Of a stretch of DNA of 64,000 nucleotides, positions 19,970-30,924 are shown piece after piece. Both the position numbers and the translations under genes were made by a program. Below the pieces are notes generated by a model that was not told where the DNA came from, ran no database searches, and saw only the letters and a list, made by a program, of their open reading frames with translations. The stretch's first letter is position 1. Each line of letters begins with the position of its first letter. The DNA lies in the IMG/VR virus record IMGVR_UViG_3300032782_000001, positions 62,001 to 126,000 of that record; one strand, written 5' to 3'.

Positions 19970-20512
19970 GTGGAATTCTTCAAGAAGCCGTGGGAAGAAT
20001 TATCCCCCGAGGAGCGAGAAGCCCGTGGAAAGTGGGTTCACTCTGAACTCGCGAGATATCAGGCCGAAGATGACGCTTGGAAGGATGAGATGGATAGGCA
20101 AACGATCTTGGAGTCAGAACGAAGGCACGAACTGGAAGACGTAAATGGTGCCGCTGGGCGATATGAAGTCCGGAAAAAGTGGTTCCAAAATGATGGGGAA
20201 CCGAACCCGAAACTTCGTCATCAAGCTTTTTGGTTCATTCATAACTGCGTAGCTCACCCAATGCTGGGTTTGTTTCCGAATAGGCAAGCTGTCCAATTCC
20301 ACAGTTTGACTTCATCATGGTTGAATAAAGAGCGGGTAGAAATTAGCGATAGCGATCGCTACCCGATCCAAGCTCCCAAAATTCCGAACAAGAAAGCTTG
20401 GATTCTTCACAACGTCGTAGCCCACGTGGCTATCGGTTTGTGGCCATCCGAATGGACTTTCCGATTCCATGACGAATCTGCGGAGAAGATGAAAGTTCCG
20501 GGCTGGGTCTAA
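19970..20512 (+). CDS. hypothetical protein with duplicated W-x-x-HN-x-VAH motif
   Basis: FWFIHNCVAHP...FHSLTS and WILHNVVAHV...FHDESA; start uncertain. Confidence 0.7.
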   Translation: MEFFKKPWEELSPEEREARGKWVHSELARYQAEDDAWKDEMDRQTILESERRHELEDVNGAAGRYEVRKKWFQNDGEPNPKLRHQAFWFIHNCVAHPMLGLFPNRQAVQFHSLTSSWLNKERVEISDSDRYPIQAPKIPNKKAWILHNVVAHVAIGLWPSEWTFRFHDESAEKMKVPGWV

Positions 20513-20514
20513 TA

Positions 20515-20748
20515 ATGGAACCCGAGAAAAAGGATCTTCCTGTAGTCCAATCGGAAGACGGATCTCTTCGGTTTGCCGATAACCCCGTTGGAAGAAGACT
20601 CCGAAATCTCGGGATCATTACTTCCGTTGGTACGACCGCAATCCTTCTAGGAGCGACCGTTTTGGGTCTCCCTACGGGTCTAGTCGTCGGGTTGTCTCTT
20701 ACATTCTTCTGTCTGATGATCCGTCTCGGAATTCGGACTATTCGGTGA
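20515..20748 (+). CDS. small two-TM membrane protein
   Basis: two hydrophobic segments. Confidence 0.55.
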   Translation: MEPEKKDLPVVQSEDGSLRFADNPVGRRLRNLGIITSVGTTAILLGATVLGLPTGLVVGLSLTFFCLMIRLGIRTIR

Positions 20749-20963
20749 TCCTGGAATTACATATTTCCGGACTTCATATCGAGATCCATCTGCATACTCA
20801 GCACACAAGCCGAGCCACTTCTTGGCGTTTTCCTCGGTGAAAGATAACCGCGGCGAATCGAAGCAGTCCAAAATCCAAGTCTTCTCGACGAGGTCGTAGA
20901 CACCCCAGCAAACTCTTCCTGGATAGAAAAGATCCGCTATTGTGGCCATAACCTCTCCGAAGG

Positions 20964-20997
20964 AGAGAAGGGCCACGAGATCTCGTGGCCCTTCTCT
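20964..20997. terminator. perfect 34 bp palindrome just downstream of the MVP gene; probable terminator hairpin
   Basis: AGAGAAGGGCCACGAGA|TCTCGTGGCCCTTCTCT. Confidence 0.55.
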
Positions 20998-21002
20998 TTC
21001 GA

Positions 21003-23609
21003 TCAGGCGTGCGGTTGGGTCGTGCCGTTAGTGGCGGCGGGAAGAAGGTGCTTTGCCAGTGGCGAGCCTTCAACCATTTTGCGGAGGACCTCGAGAACGG
21101 AATCTCCTCCAAGGAGCGCCATGGGTGCCATCGACTTGGCAACCCTCTCAATGAGTTCACGTTCTCCGAACGAATTGAGTGCAGCAATGAGATCCGGCGA
21201 GACTGCCTTAGCCCTCTCGACATGACCTTGAATCTCGGCTTGAAGCCAGGCAACCCTCTGAGCGAGTTTGGCGGCTTCAAGTTCGATGGTCTGCTCTTCA
21301 GCAGCACGAACAGTATGGAGCTTGATTTGAGCTTCTTGAGCCCTAGCTTGTTCCATTGCCATGGAGAGCTTGCACTTCTCTCCATCGGTCTGATTTTGAG
21401 CATCGAGCTTGGCAAGATCCGATGCGAGAGAGGACTTGAGTTCCTCGAGAGCCAGTTCATGCTGCTTCACGACAGTCTCGGTCCTTACCTCGGCCGTCCG
21501 TTGTTTGATAGTCTCGGATTCACGGGTGAATTCGAGAATACGCTTCTCTTTGGCAAGGCTCAACGTGTGATTAATGACCTCACGTTGAGCATTGGTGAGG
21601 AGTTGAGCGAGATTCTTATCTTCGAGAGCGACGTCTAAGACTTCGATATCGTAGATGTTCATTCCGTTTTCTTCGAACTTCGTTCCCGTTCGAGTCACCT
21701 TGCCGTTGGAGGGATCGACGGTCTTTCCAAGAACGACATCACGAATGATATCATCTGATTTCGCGTAGAACTCCTCGACGCCGATCTTCTTGATCGCGTT
21801 GCGGAGCTTGGACCTCATGTGATCGCAAAGGAATTTGACGTAGTTCTCGACTCCGAACCACGACTCAGAATCCCCCTCGAAGTTCACTCGATACGAGACT
21901 TTCACGTCGAGCTTGCAGAAATCGGACGTTTCCACCTTTACGACGTCCGAGACCTTGTTTGCTCGGGTGAGAAGAAACGCAGTCCTGAGAAGATTGTCCG
22001 TCGTCTTGGGCTTCCCACGAGAGAGCATCAGAACTTGCGGCGACTCGTCGTACTCGAGAAGAACCGTCTGCGGTCCCACGACTACACGCTTCTCACCGCT
22101 CTTGCGGACGAGCATCATGGCGTAACCAGTCCAGACCTCTACCGTGACTGCCCCATCCCATTTCGTCTGAAGAGTGATCGTGCGCGGCGGAGTATACTGC
22201 GTCTTGCGTTCGAACTGGTCTCCGGAAAAACCCTTAGCAGGCTTATTCCCGAGCCCTCGAAGCATCGCATCGTCTCCGACGAGCCCTGCAGAGTACATGG
22301 CATTGGAAGAGATGTCCATACCGCGAATGGGAGCCGTGGCTGCAGCCGCTACGGCGACTGCTGCGGGAGACCCGATGGCTTCACTCAGATAAGAGGAAAG
22401 GTTCACTCCTGCGAGTTGAGCGTTGTATGCCATCGCTTCCGTGTTGCCAGGATATAGCATATCACAGATTTTCAAGTCGAGGATACGACGCGTGATAACT
22501 TCCTTCCTCGGGTCAGGAAGAAAGACCGTTGGGCCCCTGACGAGCTTGATATCACCGCTGTTGCGGTCGAGAACATACCGTGCTTCACCGGCAGGAATGG
22601 CGATACCGTAGAAGACATCCGAATTGTCGTACTTGACAATCGCATGCTCTTCCCGCGGGAAATAAATCATCTGCTGGCGACCGGTGATGAAGAGTTCGTC
22701 TCCGACCTTATGTTGCTGGCCGTCTTCTTCATAATCGGCGATGACTTTGACGTAAATACCGGAATTTTCGTTCAGCTCAATGGCCTTGTGCTTTCGAGTC
22801 TTGTTCGTACCGCCGGCCTTACCATCCGAAATTTCGCGCGTGGCGAATACTTCAGTAGGCCTCGGAAATACGACCTGAGGACCGCGTTCATAACGCTTAT
22901 TCCCGTTCTCATCGTAGAGCAGGCAGTATTCCAACCGGCCGAGGGTTACGGCCTCACGAACGAGGTTGCCGTTCTCATCTGCCACGACCTCCACACCCGT
23001 CGGAGGAATGTAGAAGGAGACTTCAGTTCCCTTGATGACAAGGAGCTTGCCCATAGTGAGATCGGGCGGGGATTCGCTGGTAAGCGTGTAATCTGGGTCC
23101 TGAGTTGCTTCCGTTCCGGGATCCTTCTGGACCTGCGTCTTGATGATGGCATTCTTCCAGTTCTTGGTCGCTGCCTCTTCATCGTAGACACGAACGAGAA
23201 GATACTGATTGGAACGGATATGATGTCCCTTCAGCACCTTGGCCATCTGACCAGGCCATAGAGCGAAGCTCACGGGACCTGGAGTGTTGACTTTCCGGCC
23301 GATTTCAAGCTCGGAAGTGCTGGCCTTTCCAGGAATAGAAGGCCTTTTCCCATCCTTTGCAGGATTCTTGAGGACGATGTACCATCCTTCAGGAGCGGTT
23401 TTGACCGTTTGAATGGCTTCCTTGAGCTCTACCCGCTTGAATCGCTTAGTGGATTCATCAAAGATTACGGGTTGATCAGTGCCCGACAAGCTTTGCTTCG
23501 TCGGGCCTACGAAGACGTCGATGATACCTTTCGTCTCGTCAGAGACATAAAGATATTCATTGGGAGCGAGAATCATATCACGCTCTCGGCGATTACTTTC
23601 TTCTGCCAT
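21003..23609 (-). CDS. major vault protein (MVP) homologue: vault repeats, SPFH-like shoulder, cap helix
   Basis: repeated xxGP-containing vault-like repeats; RVVVGPQTVLLEYDE.PQVLMLSRGKPK...SDVVKVETSD..KLDVKVSY..NF resembles the MVP repeat-9/shoulder region; long C-terminal coiled coil; 868 aa; AGGAG SD. Confidence 0.85.
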   Translation of the reverse strand: MAEESNRRERDMILAPNEYLYVSDETKGIIDVFVGPTKQSLSGTDQPVIFDESTKRFKRVELKEAIQTVKTAPEGWYIVLKNPAKDGKRPSIPGKASTSELEIGRKVNTPGPVSFALWPGQMAKVLKGHHIRSNQYLLVRVYDEEAATKNWKNAIIKTQVQKDPGTEATQDPDYTLTSESPPDLTMGKLLVIKGTEVSFYIPPTGVEVVADENGNLVREAVTLGRLEYCLLYDENGNKRYERGPQVVFPRPTEVFATREISDGKAGGTNKTRKHKAIELNENSGIYVKVIADYEEDGQQHKVGDELFITGRQQMIYFPREEHAIVKYDNSDVFYGIAIPAGEARYVLDRNSGDIKLVRGPTVFLPDPRKEVITRRILDLKICDMLYPGNTEAMAYNAQLAGVNLSSYLSEAIGSPAAVAVAAAATAPIRGMDISSNAMYSAGLVGDDAMLRGLGNKPAKGFSGDQFERKTQYTPPRTITLQTKWDGAVTVEVWTGYAMMLVRKSGEKRVVVGPQTVLLEYDESPQVLMLSRGKPKTTDNLLRTAFLLTRANKVSDVVKVETSDFCKLDVKVSYRVNFEGDSESWFGVENYVKFLCDHMRSKLRNAIKKIGVEEFYAKSDDIIRDVVLGKTVDPSNGKVTRTGTKFEENGMNIYDIEVLDVALEDKNLAQLLTNAQREVINHTLSLAKEKRILEFTRESETIKQRTAEVRTETVVKQHELALEELKSSLASDLAKLDAQNQTDGEKCKLSMAMEQARAQEAQIKLHTVRAAEEQTIELEAAKLAQRVAWLQAEIQGHVERAKAVSPDLIAALNSFGERELIERVAKSMAPMALLGGDSVLEVLRKMVEGSPLAKHLLPAATNGTTQPHA

Positions 23610-23743
23610 GTAAATTACTCCTGTCGTTCAGTCGAAATCAACGATTACACTCGAACACCTAGTAATAAGGGTACCGAAGTCGTCAGGACAAGATTCAGAA
23701 ATTTTTTCCTCGGCCAAGTAGAAGGCGTCGGAGGTTAAAACCA

Positions 23744-24472
23744 ATGACCACGTCTGCTCCCACGAAGCCCTCGGCTCTTGATGCTCTCCGCGCTCTCTCC
23801 AAGAAGGCTCCTGCTCCTGAAACTCCCGCGCTCTCCACTCAGATCACGGATCCCGCCATCGCAGGCGCTACGCGAGTCAAGGACACCGTCAAGCTCGGGT
23901 TCGATCCGCAGATTGCTGAGCACGCTCGTCATGCCGCGTCCCTCAAAGAAGCTATGGACCGGGCCACGGCGGAATTCGCCGTTGAGCAGGCCAAGATGCG
24001 TGATTACGGCAAGAACAAGCGCGACCTCTACAATAGTACCCTCAAGTGCGACGTGACCACCGTCTGTGTTCCGTACTCAGTGGAAGTGTCCGGTAACGGG
24101 GACGGCTCCACTCCCGGTCGAGAGACGAGGTACGTACAGGTGATCTGCACGTCTAAGTACAGCGTTCAGCAGGACACTGTTCTTCGTCTCGAACCCGCCC
24201 TTGGTCCGGATTTCAAGAAGCTCTTCACGAAGGAGGAAACGAAGGTCCTCAAGCCGAACGCTGAGGAACTGATTCGTCAGATTCTGACTGAAGCTGGGCT
24301 CACTGGCGAAGACCTCGACAATTCGATGGACACGCTTTTCGAGACCGTAGTCAAGGTCACGGCCAACAAGTCCTTCGAACATGACATCCGAACGATCTCC
24401 AACCCTGAAGTCCGGTTCGCCGTCGAGCAGGCGGTTACTCGCCAACAGCCCGGGTTGAAGTTCCCCGTGTAA
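23744..24472 (+). CDS. hypothetical protein
   Basis: GGAGG SD; 242 aa. Confidence 0.75.
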   Translation: MTTSAPTKPSALDALRALSKKAPAPETPALSTQITDPAIAGATRVKDTVKLGFDPQIAEHARHAASLKEAMDRATAEFAVEQAKMRDYGKNKRDLYNSTLKCDVTTVCVPYSVEVSGNGDGSTPGRETRYVQVICTSKYSVQQDTVLRLEPALGPDFKKLFTKEETKVLKPNAEELIRQILTEAGLTGEDLDNSMDTLFETVVKVTANKSFEHDIRTISNPEVRFAVEQAVTRQQPGLKFPV

Positions 24473-24474
24473 CC

Positions 24475-24675
24475 ATGCCGCTGACACGCATCATTCTGAC
24501 CGACAGTCCCAAGTCCCTTCATGACTGGGAAGGACCCATCCCAGATTCGGACAGACTTGGAATCTATGTCTACACGTGTGATGCGTGTTCAGCCAAAGCG
24601 ACCCGTGAGGAATTGAAAGGACGAGCTAACGAGCTGTGTCCGACTAAGATCGTCCGAGAGGTCATGGATTCATGA
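24475..24675 (+). CDS. HxW-CxxC protein with VMDS tail
   Basis: HDW...CDAC...C; ends VREVMDS*. Confidence 0.65.
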   Translation: MPLTRIILTDSPKSLHDWEGPIPDSDRLGIYVYTCDACSAKATREELKGRANELCPTKIVREVMDS

Positions 24676-24914
24676 GTCACGGACCTAACCCTAAAACATT
24701 CCGTGGGTATCTTATCCGGAGTGTAGACCGCCAGGGACCGGCTTATCATTTCGCCGTAGACACCTGCCCAGAGCGAGAAGTTTTGTTTCGTACCTGGTCG
24801 AGTGATGGGGAACTAACGACTTGCGAGATGAATCCTGAAGAGGCGATCGGGCTGGCCAAAAAGCTGCAGGATTATGCATTCCTTGTGATCGTCAGAGACG
24901 TCATGGGATCGTGA
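24672..24914 (+). CDS. small protein with VMGS tail
   Basis: ends VIVRDVMGS*. Confidence 0.65.
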   Translation: MSHGPNPKTFRGYLIRSVDRQGPAYHFAVDTCPEREVLFRTWSSDGELTTCEMNPEEAIGLAKKLQDYAFLVIVRDVMGS

Positions 24915-25120
24915 TGGTCAATCACGTCTGGACAGAAGCGGGGACATGGGAGAGGTATAGTAAGGGATTTCTACGTACTGGGAAGAAATTCCAGTGTTCT
25001 CGCTGCGGATGCACTGTCCAAACTGGTCCAGAGGGGAGGATCGACGGTCTAGATCTTGAGGATTCGGACATTCACAATGATTGCGATTTGCAAGTCGTTG
25101 ATAACGTGATGGAATCGTGA
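24911..25120 (+). CDS. HxW-CxxCG protein with VMES tail
   Basis: HVW...CSRCG...DC; ends VDNVMES*. Confidence 0.65.
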   Translation: MMVNHVWTEAGTWERYSKGFLRTGKKFQCSRCGCTVQTGPEGRIDGLDLEDSDIHNDCDLQVVDNVMES

Positions 25121-25362
25121 ATAACCTCAAATATTGCGGACATGAATTGAATCCACATCAACTCTGCACTAACTTGGCTACACAATGGTCCAAAAATTTA
25201 TTTGACCTACCAGGCGCTTACCCGTCGCCAATCGTTGCTCGGTGTTCTCACCATCAAATAAATGCACACTACGTCGGTGGTGGCCTACCTGGCTCTTTTT
25301 CCGACACTCGTTTCTACGCCTCTTTCGAAGAAGCAATCGTCGCAGAGGTCATGGAGTCGTAA
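25117..25362 (+). CDS. small protein with VMES tail
   Basis: ends AIVAEVMES*. Confidence 0.65.
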   Translation: MNNLKYCGHELNPHQLCTNLATQWSKNLFDLPGAYPSPIVARCSHHQINAHYVGGGLPGSFSDTRFYASFEEAIVAEVMES

Positions 25363-25756
25363 GTCGACTCAGGTCAATATTCACCACTCCGGAACGCGTG
25401 ACTTCTTCAAGGTCTTCGTCAAAATCCAACTCTGAAATCCGACGAAGTGCAAGCTTTTTCACATGAGATGATACCGCATCTTGGATCTGATCCCAGAATC
25501 GAACCGATTTAAACTGGAGGATGTGTAACCTGAGTTCTTCTTCTTTCTTCCGGAAGATCTTCGTTTCCTCAATGAGGCATGGATGATCAAATTCACATTG
25601 AGCTGCAAATCCGAGGAGCCGAACAAGACTATGTGCGAATGACTGGAACAACTCAGAATCGAACAGATAACTCGTGAGAGGCCATTCTGGAATCGTTCGA
25701 ACAAGACCCGGACCCTGAATATCGGACAAAACTTCCGCCGTAGAACTTCGAATCAT
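25349..25756 (-). CDS. hypothetical protein
   Basis: GGAG SD before ATG. Confidence 0.55.
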   Translation of the reverse strand: MIRSSTAEVLSDIQGPGLVRTIPEWPLTSYLFDSELFQSFAHSLVRLLGFAAQCEFDHPCLIEETKIFRKKEEELRLHILQFKSVRFWDQIQDAVSSHVKKLALRRISELDFDEDLEEVTRSGVVNIDLSRLTTP

Positions 25757-26077
25757 GATGTCTCCGTATGTGTATATGAAACCTCCCAGAATGAAGACCC
25801 GGGAAGTTTACATGTTAATGTTGGGGTTCCCGGATAATCCTCATCCAATCATCATTTAGGAATTTTGTCTATCGGGAAAGAATGGAACTTGCCGTTAGGT
25901 TCAACCTATTGTCCCAATGGGTGAATTGCTTGATTGAACCGATTTCTTACTCAATTATCACTGATTCCGATATTTGTAGTATCCTAATACACAGTCTGCG
26001 TTTTTCTTGTTGCTTTGTTGTTGAAATGAGACCGATATATTCTTTAAAATATGAAGTATTCTAGTGTAGTGTGTGTT

Positions 26078-26359
26078 ATGGCGACTGACGAAGAAATGCT
26101 CCGAGCTCTTCTAGCGGACGACAGGCTGTCTGAAGAAGAGCGGAAAGCTTTCCAGGATATGCAAGATGGTCTCCGACCATGGAAGAGTTTAAAACCAAAA
26201 CAACACAGCTGGGTTCATGACAGATGGATCCAACTGGAGTTAGACTCAAATGAGGCGCTCAACTTAGTGAGTTCCGGGAAGGTTCCGAGAGGAAAAGAAG
26301 TTGTGATGAGTTTCGCAAGTATGCCTAAACCTTTGAAACCACCGAGGCGCATTGGATGA
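26078..26359 (+). CDS. hypothetical protein
   Basis: TAGTGT-N5-ATG start. Confidence 0.6.
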   Translation: MATDEEMLRALLADDRLSEEERKAFQDMQDGLRPWKSLKPKQHSWVHDRWIQLELDSNEALNLVSSGKVPRGKEVVMSFASMPKPLKPPRRIG

Positions 26360-26568
26360 TTCGGAAAATTCCACGGGTCATAGTCCCTCCAATCATTTTC
26401 ACAACAGAACCGAAAGTCACAATCAATGAAATCCGCACTCGCAGATTCGACTTAATAGATCGAGGTCCTAAATGTGAAATATGCGGCGGACGCGTGGCTT
26501 ACGGGAAAAAAGAACACTCTCCCGAAGAGTGTGATCTTCAGTATGTTCGCGAAATCATGGAATCGTGA
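26356..26568 (+). CDS. CxxC protein with IMES tail
   Basis: CEICGG; ends ECDLQYVREIMES*. Confidence 0.65.
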   Translation: MIRKIPRVIVPPIIFTTEPKVTINEIRTRRFDLIDRGPKCEICGGRVAYGKKEHSPEECDLQYVREIMES

Positions 26569-26759
26569 TGCCGATCTACATTTTTACGGGCGTGGATCTC
26601 GGCTTAAGTGATTCCATCAGCCAGTATTCTGCTCAGTGTGCACGATGCGATTCGTGGATCCATGCCGATACGGAAAAAGATGTCGAAAGACTATTCCAAA
26701 CGCATTTTAAAAGCACTGAGTGCGATTTATCCATTGTCCAGCGTATCATGGAATCATGA
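26565..26759 (+). CDS. CxxC protein with IMES tail
   Basis: CARC; ends ECDLSIVQRIMES*. Confidence 0.65.
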   Translation: MMPIYIFTGVDLGLSDSISQYSAQCARCDSWIHADTEKDVERLFQTHFKSTECDLSIVQRIMES

Positions 26760-26987
26760 AGCCTGTAGCTAATGGTAGGAACATTCGACATGATCTCTTG
26801 CTGGCGGAGAAGTATCAAGCTCGCTTGGAGCCGATTGAAAAGGAAACTCGCACGATGATTGAGAACGTTGCAGGATTTTGGGGCGTGGAATTTTCTGCAT
26901 CCGATTCCAATCCAGTTATCATTGAAAAGATTCGAGCACTTATCAAGGATGATTAGTCGATCCGGCTTTTAATGAATTTAGTCGTAT

Positions 26988-29903
26988 GTGGCAATCGGCG
27001 TAACCGCATACTCGACTTCCAAAACACCAAATCTGGTGGAAGCCATTGCAGTTCTGACATCGACTGAGTCGATTCCAGATCCTGTCAGCGTGCTGGTATC
27101 CAATATTGCACAGGTTTATGGCGCCTTACAAATCACACAAGGAGCATTTACCTTATCAGAATTGTCTCTGACAAAGTCCACTCCACCGGCCAACCAATCT
27201 TCTTTTTCTTACACATTTGTAATCCGATTCAATTCTCCAGGTCTTTACACGCCAGGAAGGTTCCAAGGTCCACCTGGTCCTCAAGGGCCCCCAGGTCAAT
27301 TCCAAGGTCCACCTGGTCCTCAAGGGCCCAGGGGGCTCACCGGGGCTATGGGCATCAGGGGTGTTCCAGGGCCTATGGGTCCGGTCGGTCCTCCTGGTTT
27401 CAACGGCGCCACCGGACCCATGGGTCCGCAGGGGGCCACCGGTCCGGGAGGTGGCCCTCCAGGCGCAACCGGTCCTGCAGGGCCGCAGGGTGCAACTGGA
27501 CCTTTTGGAGCGACTGGACCACAAGGTGTAGCTGGAGCGACTGGACCACAAGGTGTCACAGGACCATTTGGGCCAACTGGTCCCCAAGGACCAGCAGGAC
27601 CGGAGTCTGGTGGAGGAAACGTTTTCGTCTACCGAGACTCAGAACCATCGCCAAACAACACAACAGTCTTCGCTTCATTTGATGAAGCGTATTCGGCGGC
27701 TATTTCTACAAATGCTCCGGCTGTTATTGTCAGTGACGACACGCTCGGGGACTGTGTCGTAGGCAACGCCTACGGCAACAATGCCACCGTCGATTCTGTA
27801 GTGGGTTCCACGGTCACGCTCAAGGGCCTCCATGGGTTGAATACAGGGCTCGTCGGCAAATTGATTGGCATTTCCAACGCGACGAGTCCTGGCACGAACG
27901 GTCTATACACCATCACGGCGATCCTTTCATCGAAGAGTCTTCAGATAGCGAACGCAGCAGCCACTATAGACGACATTTTCGAGTGGCGTCTCGTCGATGG
28001 AAGCACAGCGTCTCTCACTCCTGGCCCGTCCAATTTGGTTCTTATTCAGGGTGCCGTCGTTCCTAACGGAACGAATAGCCCGCCAGGTGCATTTTCATCG
28101 GCGAGTGTTGGACAGACAGTCACCCTCACGAACGGCCTCTCTGGAAATAATGGGACCTTCCCCATCGTCGCGTATGTCTCGCCTTCGTCCGTATGGATCC
28201 AGAACGCCTCTGGTGTTGGCCCCGATAGTGTGTATCTCGTGGCCGCGAGTGGCAGTACAGCCTCGATCATAAGCTGGGACTCCATCCGCAATACGGCTAT
28301 CCTTACAGGCCTTTCGAGTGTCCCTCCGCAGACGGATGGTTGGCACATCATCATCACTGGATCGGCAAGCAACGATGGCATCTACCAAGTTGTACGCACA
28401 CTCTCGACGACTTCCATCGAGATCCGTTCGTACGGAGCCACAGCGCCCGATGCGAACAACGGCGCCATCTCATGGAATCTCTGCCCATCGAATGCATTGA
28501 TCCCGTTTGCCGCTGTGCCAGTCCTGTCCGTCACGGGTCTCAGTAGCGTGCCCAGTTCGGCGGTTGGGAACGCACTGAGCCTCGGCAACGCCACGACTTC
28601 CGGCAACAACGCCTCTTCCGCAATCCTTGGGTGGGTTGACGCCACATCCGTCTATTTGAATTCATTCAATGGAAGCTTCGTGGCACCAGATCCGAACAAC
28701 GGTTCTCTTTGGTGGTATCTCGGCACAAATTACGACCTCAGCCGCATCACGCTCACAGGGCTCGGTGTGCCTTTCGGCGGCTCTTCCTTGTCTGTCCTCG
28801 AAGGCGCAACCTTCAACCAAGGTATAGCTGCCGTCATCAACTCCTTGGAGGTAGCGGGAGAAGGGAGCCTACAGCCTTTCTACGGGACGCTTGCCCTAGT
28901 CGGCCCATTCAATAGCCTGCTCAACATCTCTGATGGGAGTACGATTAGCTGCAACTCCAAAGACTTTTTTGACCTTAGCTGGGGGCTCGCGACCCTAAAT
29001 GTGACGGTGGCCTCCCAAGCCGAAATTGATAACCTTGCATGGACGGGAGACAACTATAACGCAGGTCTCAATGTCACCATGTCCGGAGGTGCTGAAGTTG
29101 GCGGGGACCTTATTTCTGGTGGCGCGGGCTCCGTGGGGATCACGATCCTGGATGCGACAGTTAATCCACCGCCCGTGACTTTCGGCGGCTATTACGGAAC
29201 GCCAGGGAGTGGTATTCAAATCACATATGAAGCCACAGCCGCTTCTCTTGTCCCATTCACACAGAATGGTCCACCTACTCCCAATAATTCAGGGCAACCT
29301 CAAGGTCAATACAATGTCGATGTCGGAACGATGTATTTCGATTCCGGCTCGAAGCAACCATTTTGGTGGGATGGTACGCAGTGGGTTTCATACGTTGCTC
29401 CGTCGTTCGCCACGACTAACGTATATCAGGGCCATGCCTCTCCCCAAACTACGAATTTGAATGCCGGCGACCATGTAATGTTTGACTCGTCCGACACCGA
29501 AACTGGTGGCGGAAACATTAGTCTTGACACCACATCGCCATATCAAACGGCACCAGGTCCAAGTATTGGTCGTATCTCACTTGCCGCAGAGCATCTTTAC
29601 AAACTCACGTTCAATCCTTCGCAAGTTTCCGGCGCTGGGAATATTTATTTCCAATGGTTCGTCTACAATAGTATTTACCCGAACGGTCAAGCCATGGGGA
29701 ATGGCACGCGGATGGACGATGGTACTAATGTTGGTGACTTTGCAAGTCATGGCCCGTGTGTCGCGTATGTATACACAAATTCTGGGAGTGGCGGTGCTGG
29801 CACCGCCGAGATCCGTATCACATTTAATAATTCGATAACGGGACTCGGGGAAAATGCGGCATCTCCTCTTTACGCGTGGTTTACCGTCGAGCAAGTCTAC
29901 TAA
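26988..29903 (+). CDS. collagen-repeat virion fibre / decoration protein
   Basis: long Gly-X-Y tract followed by repeated beta-rich Ser/Thr/Gly domains; 971 aa. Confidence 0.85.
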   Translation: MAIGVTAYSTSKTPNLVEAIAVLTSTESIPDPVSVLVSNIAQVYGALQITQGAFTLSELSLTKSTPPANQSSFSYTFVIRFNSPGLYTPGRFQGPPGPQGPPGQFQGPPGPQGPRGLTGAMGIRGVPGPMGPVGPPGFNGATGPMGPQGATGPGGGPPGATGPAGPQGATGPFGATGPQGVAGATGPQGVTGPFGPTGPQGPAGPESGGGNVFVYRDSEPSPNNTTVFASFDEAYSAAISTNAPAVIVSDDTLGDCVVGNAYGNNATVDSVVGSTVTLKGLHGLNTGLVGKLIGISNATSPGTNGLYTITAILSSKSLQIANAAATIDDIFEWRLVDGSTASLTPGPSNLVLIQGAVVPNGTNSPPGAFSSASVGQTVTLTNGLSGNNGTFPIVAYVSPSSVWIQNASGVGPDSVYLVAASGSTASIISWDSIRNTAILTGLSSVPPQTDGWHIIITGSASNDGIYQVVRTLSTTSIEIRSYGATAPDANNGAISWNLCPSNALIPFAAVPVLSVTGLSSVPSSAVGNALSLGNATTSGNNASSAILGWVDATSVYLNSFNGSFVAPDPNNGSLWWYLGTNYDLSRITLTGLGVPFGGSSLSVLEGATFNQGIAAVINSLEVAGEGSLQPFYGTLALVGPFNSLLNISDGSTISCNSKDFFDLSWGLATLNVTVASQAEIDNLAWTGDNYNAGLNVTMSGGAEVGGDLISGGAGSVGITILDATVNPPPVTFGGYYGTPGSGIQITYEATAASLVPFTQNGPPTPNNSGQPQGQYNVDVGTMYFDSGSKQPFWWDGTQWVSYVAPSFATTNVYQGHASPQTTNLNAGDHVMFDSSDTETGGGNISLDTTSPYQTAPGPSIGRISLAAEHLYKLTFNPSQVSGAGNIYFQWFVYNSIYPNGQAMGNGTRMDDGTNVGDFASHGPCVAYVYTNSGSGGAGTAEIRITFNNSITGLGENAASPLYAWFTVEQVY

Positions 29904-29940
29904 ATTACGTAGACCCGGCTTTTAATGATTCCATAAGTCC

Positions 29941-30924
29941 GTGGGTATTAACATAAGTGCGTTCGCCAAGTCTCAAGACTCAGTTTCTCTTGAGGGTGTG
30001 GCCGTACTTAACTCTGATACCCAATTAGCAAGCCCCGTCAGCACTCTCATCGCAAATCTTTCTGGTGTTTACAGTGCTCTTGGAATCAGCTCGAATACTC
30101 TTATTCTGACGGAGTTATCTTTCGTACGAGCCACCCAACCTTCCGCTCAAAATGCTCAATATAGCTATTCTTTTACCATCCGATTTGGTATTATTGGTCA
30201 ACCGCAACTCGGACGGTTCCAAGGACCTCCGGGTCCACCTGGACCAGTCGGTCCAATGGGGCCTTTCGGCCCGCCAGGATCTCCCGGACCTACAGGTTTT
30301 ACTGGTCCCTTCGGTCCCACTGGCGTAGCTGGTCCACCAGGAGCCACAGGACCTGTAATCACAGGGCCAGCCGGTCCGACGGGTTTTCCGGGTTCAACTG
30401 GGGCCGCTGGAACTACAGGTCCCCAAGGTCCCACTGGGGCCGCCGGAGCTACAGGTCCCCAAGGTCCCACCGGGGCCGCCGGACTTACCGGATTTACTGG
30501 TCCACAAGGAGCAACAGGAACAGCAGGACCAGTTGCTCCTGACGTCCACCTCTTTGATGGAATTGCCGGTCGATTCCAGACGGATGCCATTAGTGACGAA
30601 CTAGGCAGCATTGTCTTTAATCCATCGGCCATCCTTGCAGCTGGTTCCTTGACACGAACCATCAAACTTTTGGCCGTTTTGGAATGCTCAGTTGGTGGTC
30701 AGACTGCAAGTCTGGAACTTTTCAATTTGACTGATGCAATCTCCGTTGTCACGATTAGTACGAGCAACACTTCTCCGACCGTTGTTAGGTCTGCAACTCT
30801 TGTAGTCCCGACTGACTTGCCTAATAGTGAAAAGCTCTATGTCCTTCGTCTCACGAGGATGGGCGGAAGTTCCACTGATCTCGTGACTTGCAAACGGGCT
30901 GCCTTGGAGATCGTATACTCATGA
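29941..30924 (+). CDS. collagen-repeat protein (N-terminus paralogous to 26988 gene)
   Basis: Gly-X-Y tract; shared ~90 aa N-terminal domain ending GRFQGPPGP. Confidence 0.85.
   Translation: MGINISAFAKSQDSVSLEGVAVLNSDTQLASPVSTLIANLSGVYSALGISSNTLILTELSFVRATQPSAQNAQYSYSFTIRFGIIGQPQLGRFQGPPGPPGPVGPMGPFGPPGSPGPTGFTGPFGPTGVAGPPGATGPVITGPAGPTGFPGSTGAAGTTGPQGPTGAAGATGPQGPTGAAGLTGFTGPQGATGTAGPVAPDVHLFDGIAGRFQTDAISDELGSIVFNPSAILAAGSLTRTIKLLAVLECSVGGQTASLELFNLTDAISVVTISTSNTSPTVVRSATLVVPTDLPNSEKLYVLRLTRMGGSSTDLVTCKRAALEIVYS

Noticed and set aside
25760-26060. AT-rich gap as a replication origin
   Set aside because: No iterons or DnaA boxes are visible; it may simply be a divergent promoter region.
26988-30924. 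Diversity-generating retroelement acting on the fibre genes or the tail family
   Set aside because: No reverse transcriptase and no template/variable repeat pair differing at adenines were seen in the window.
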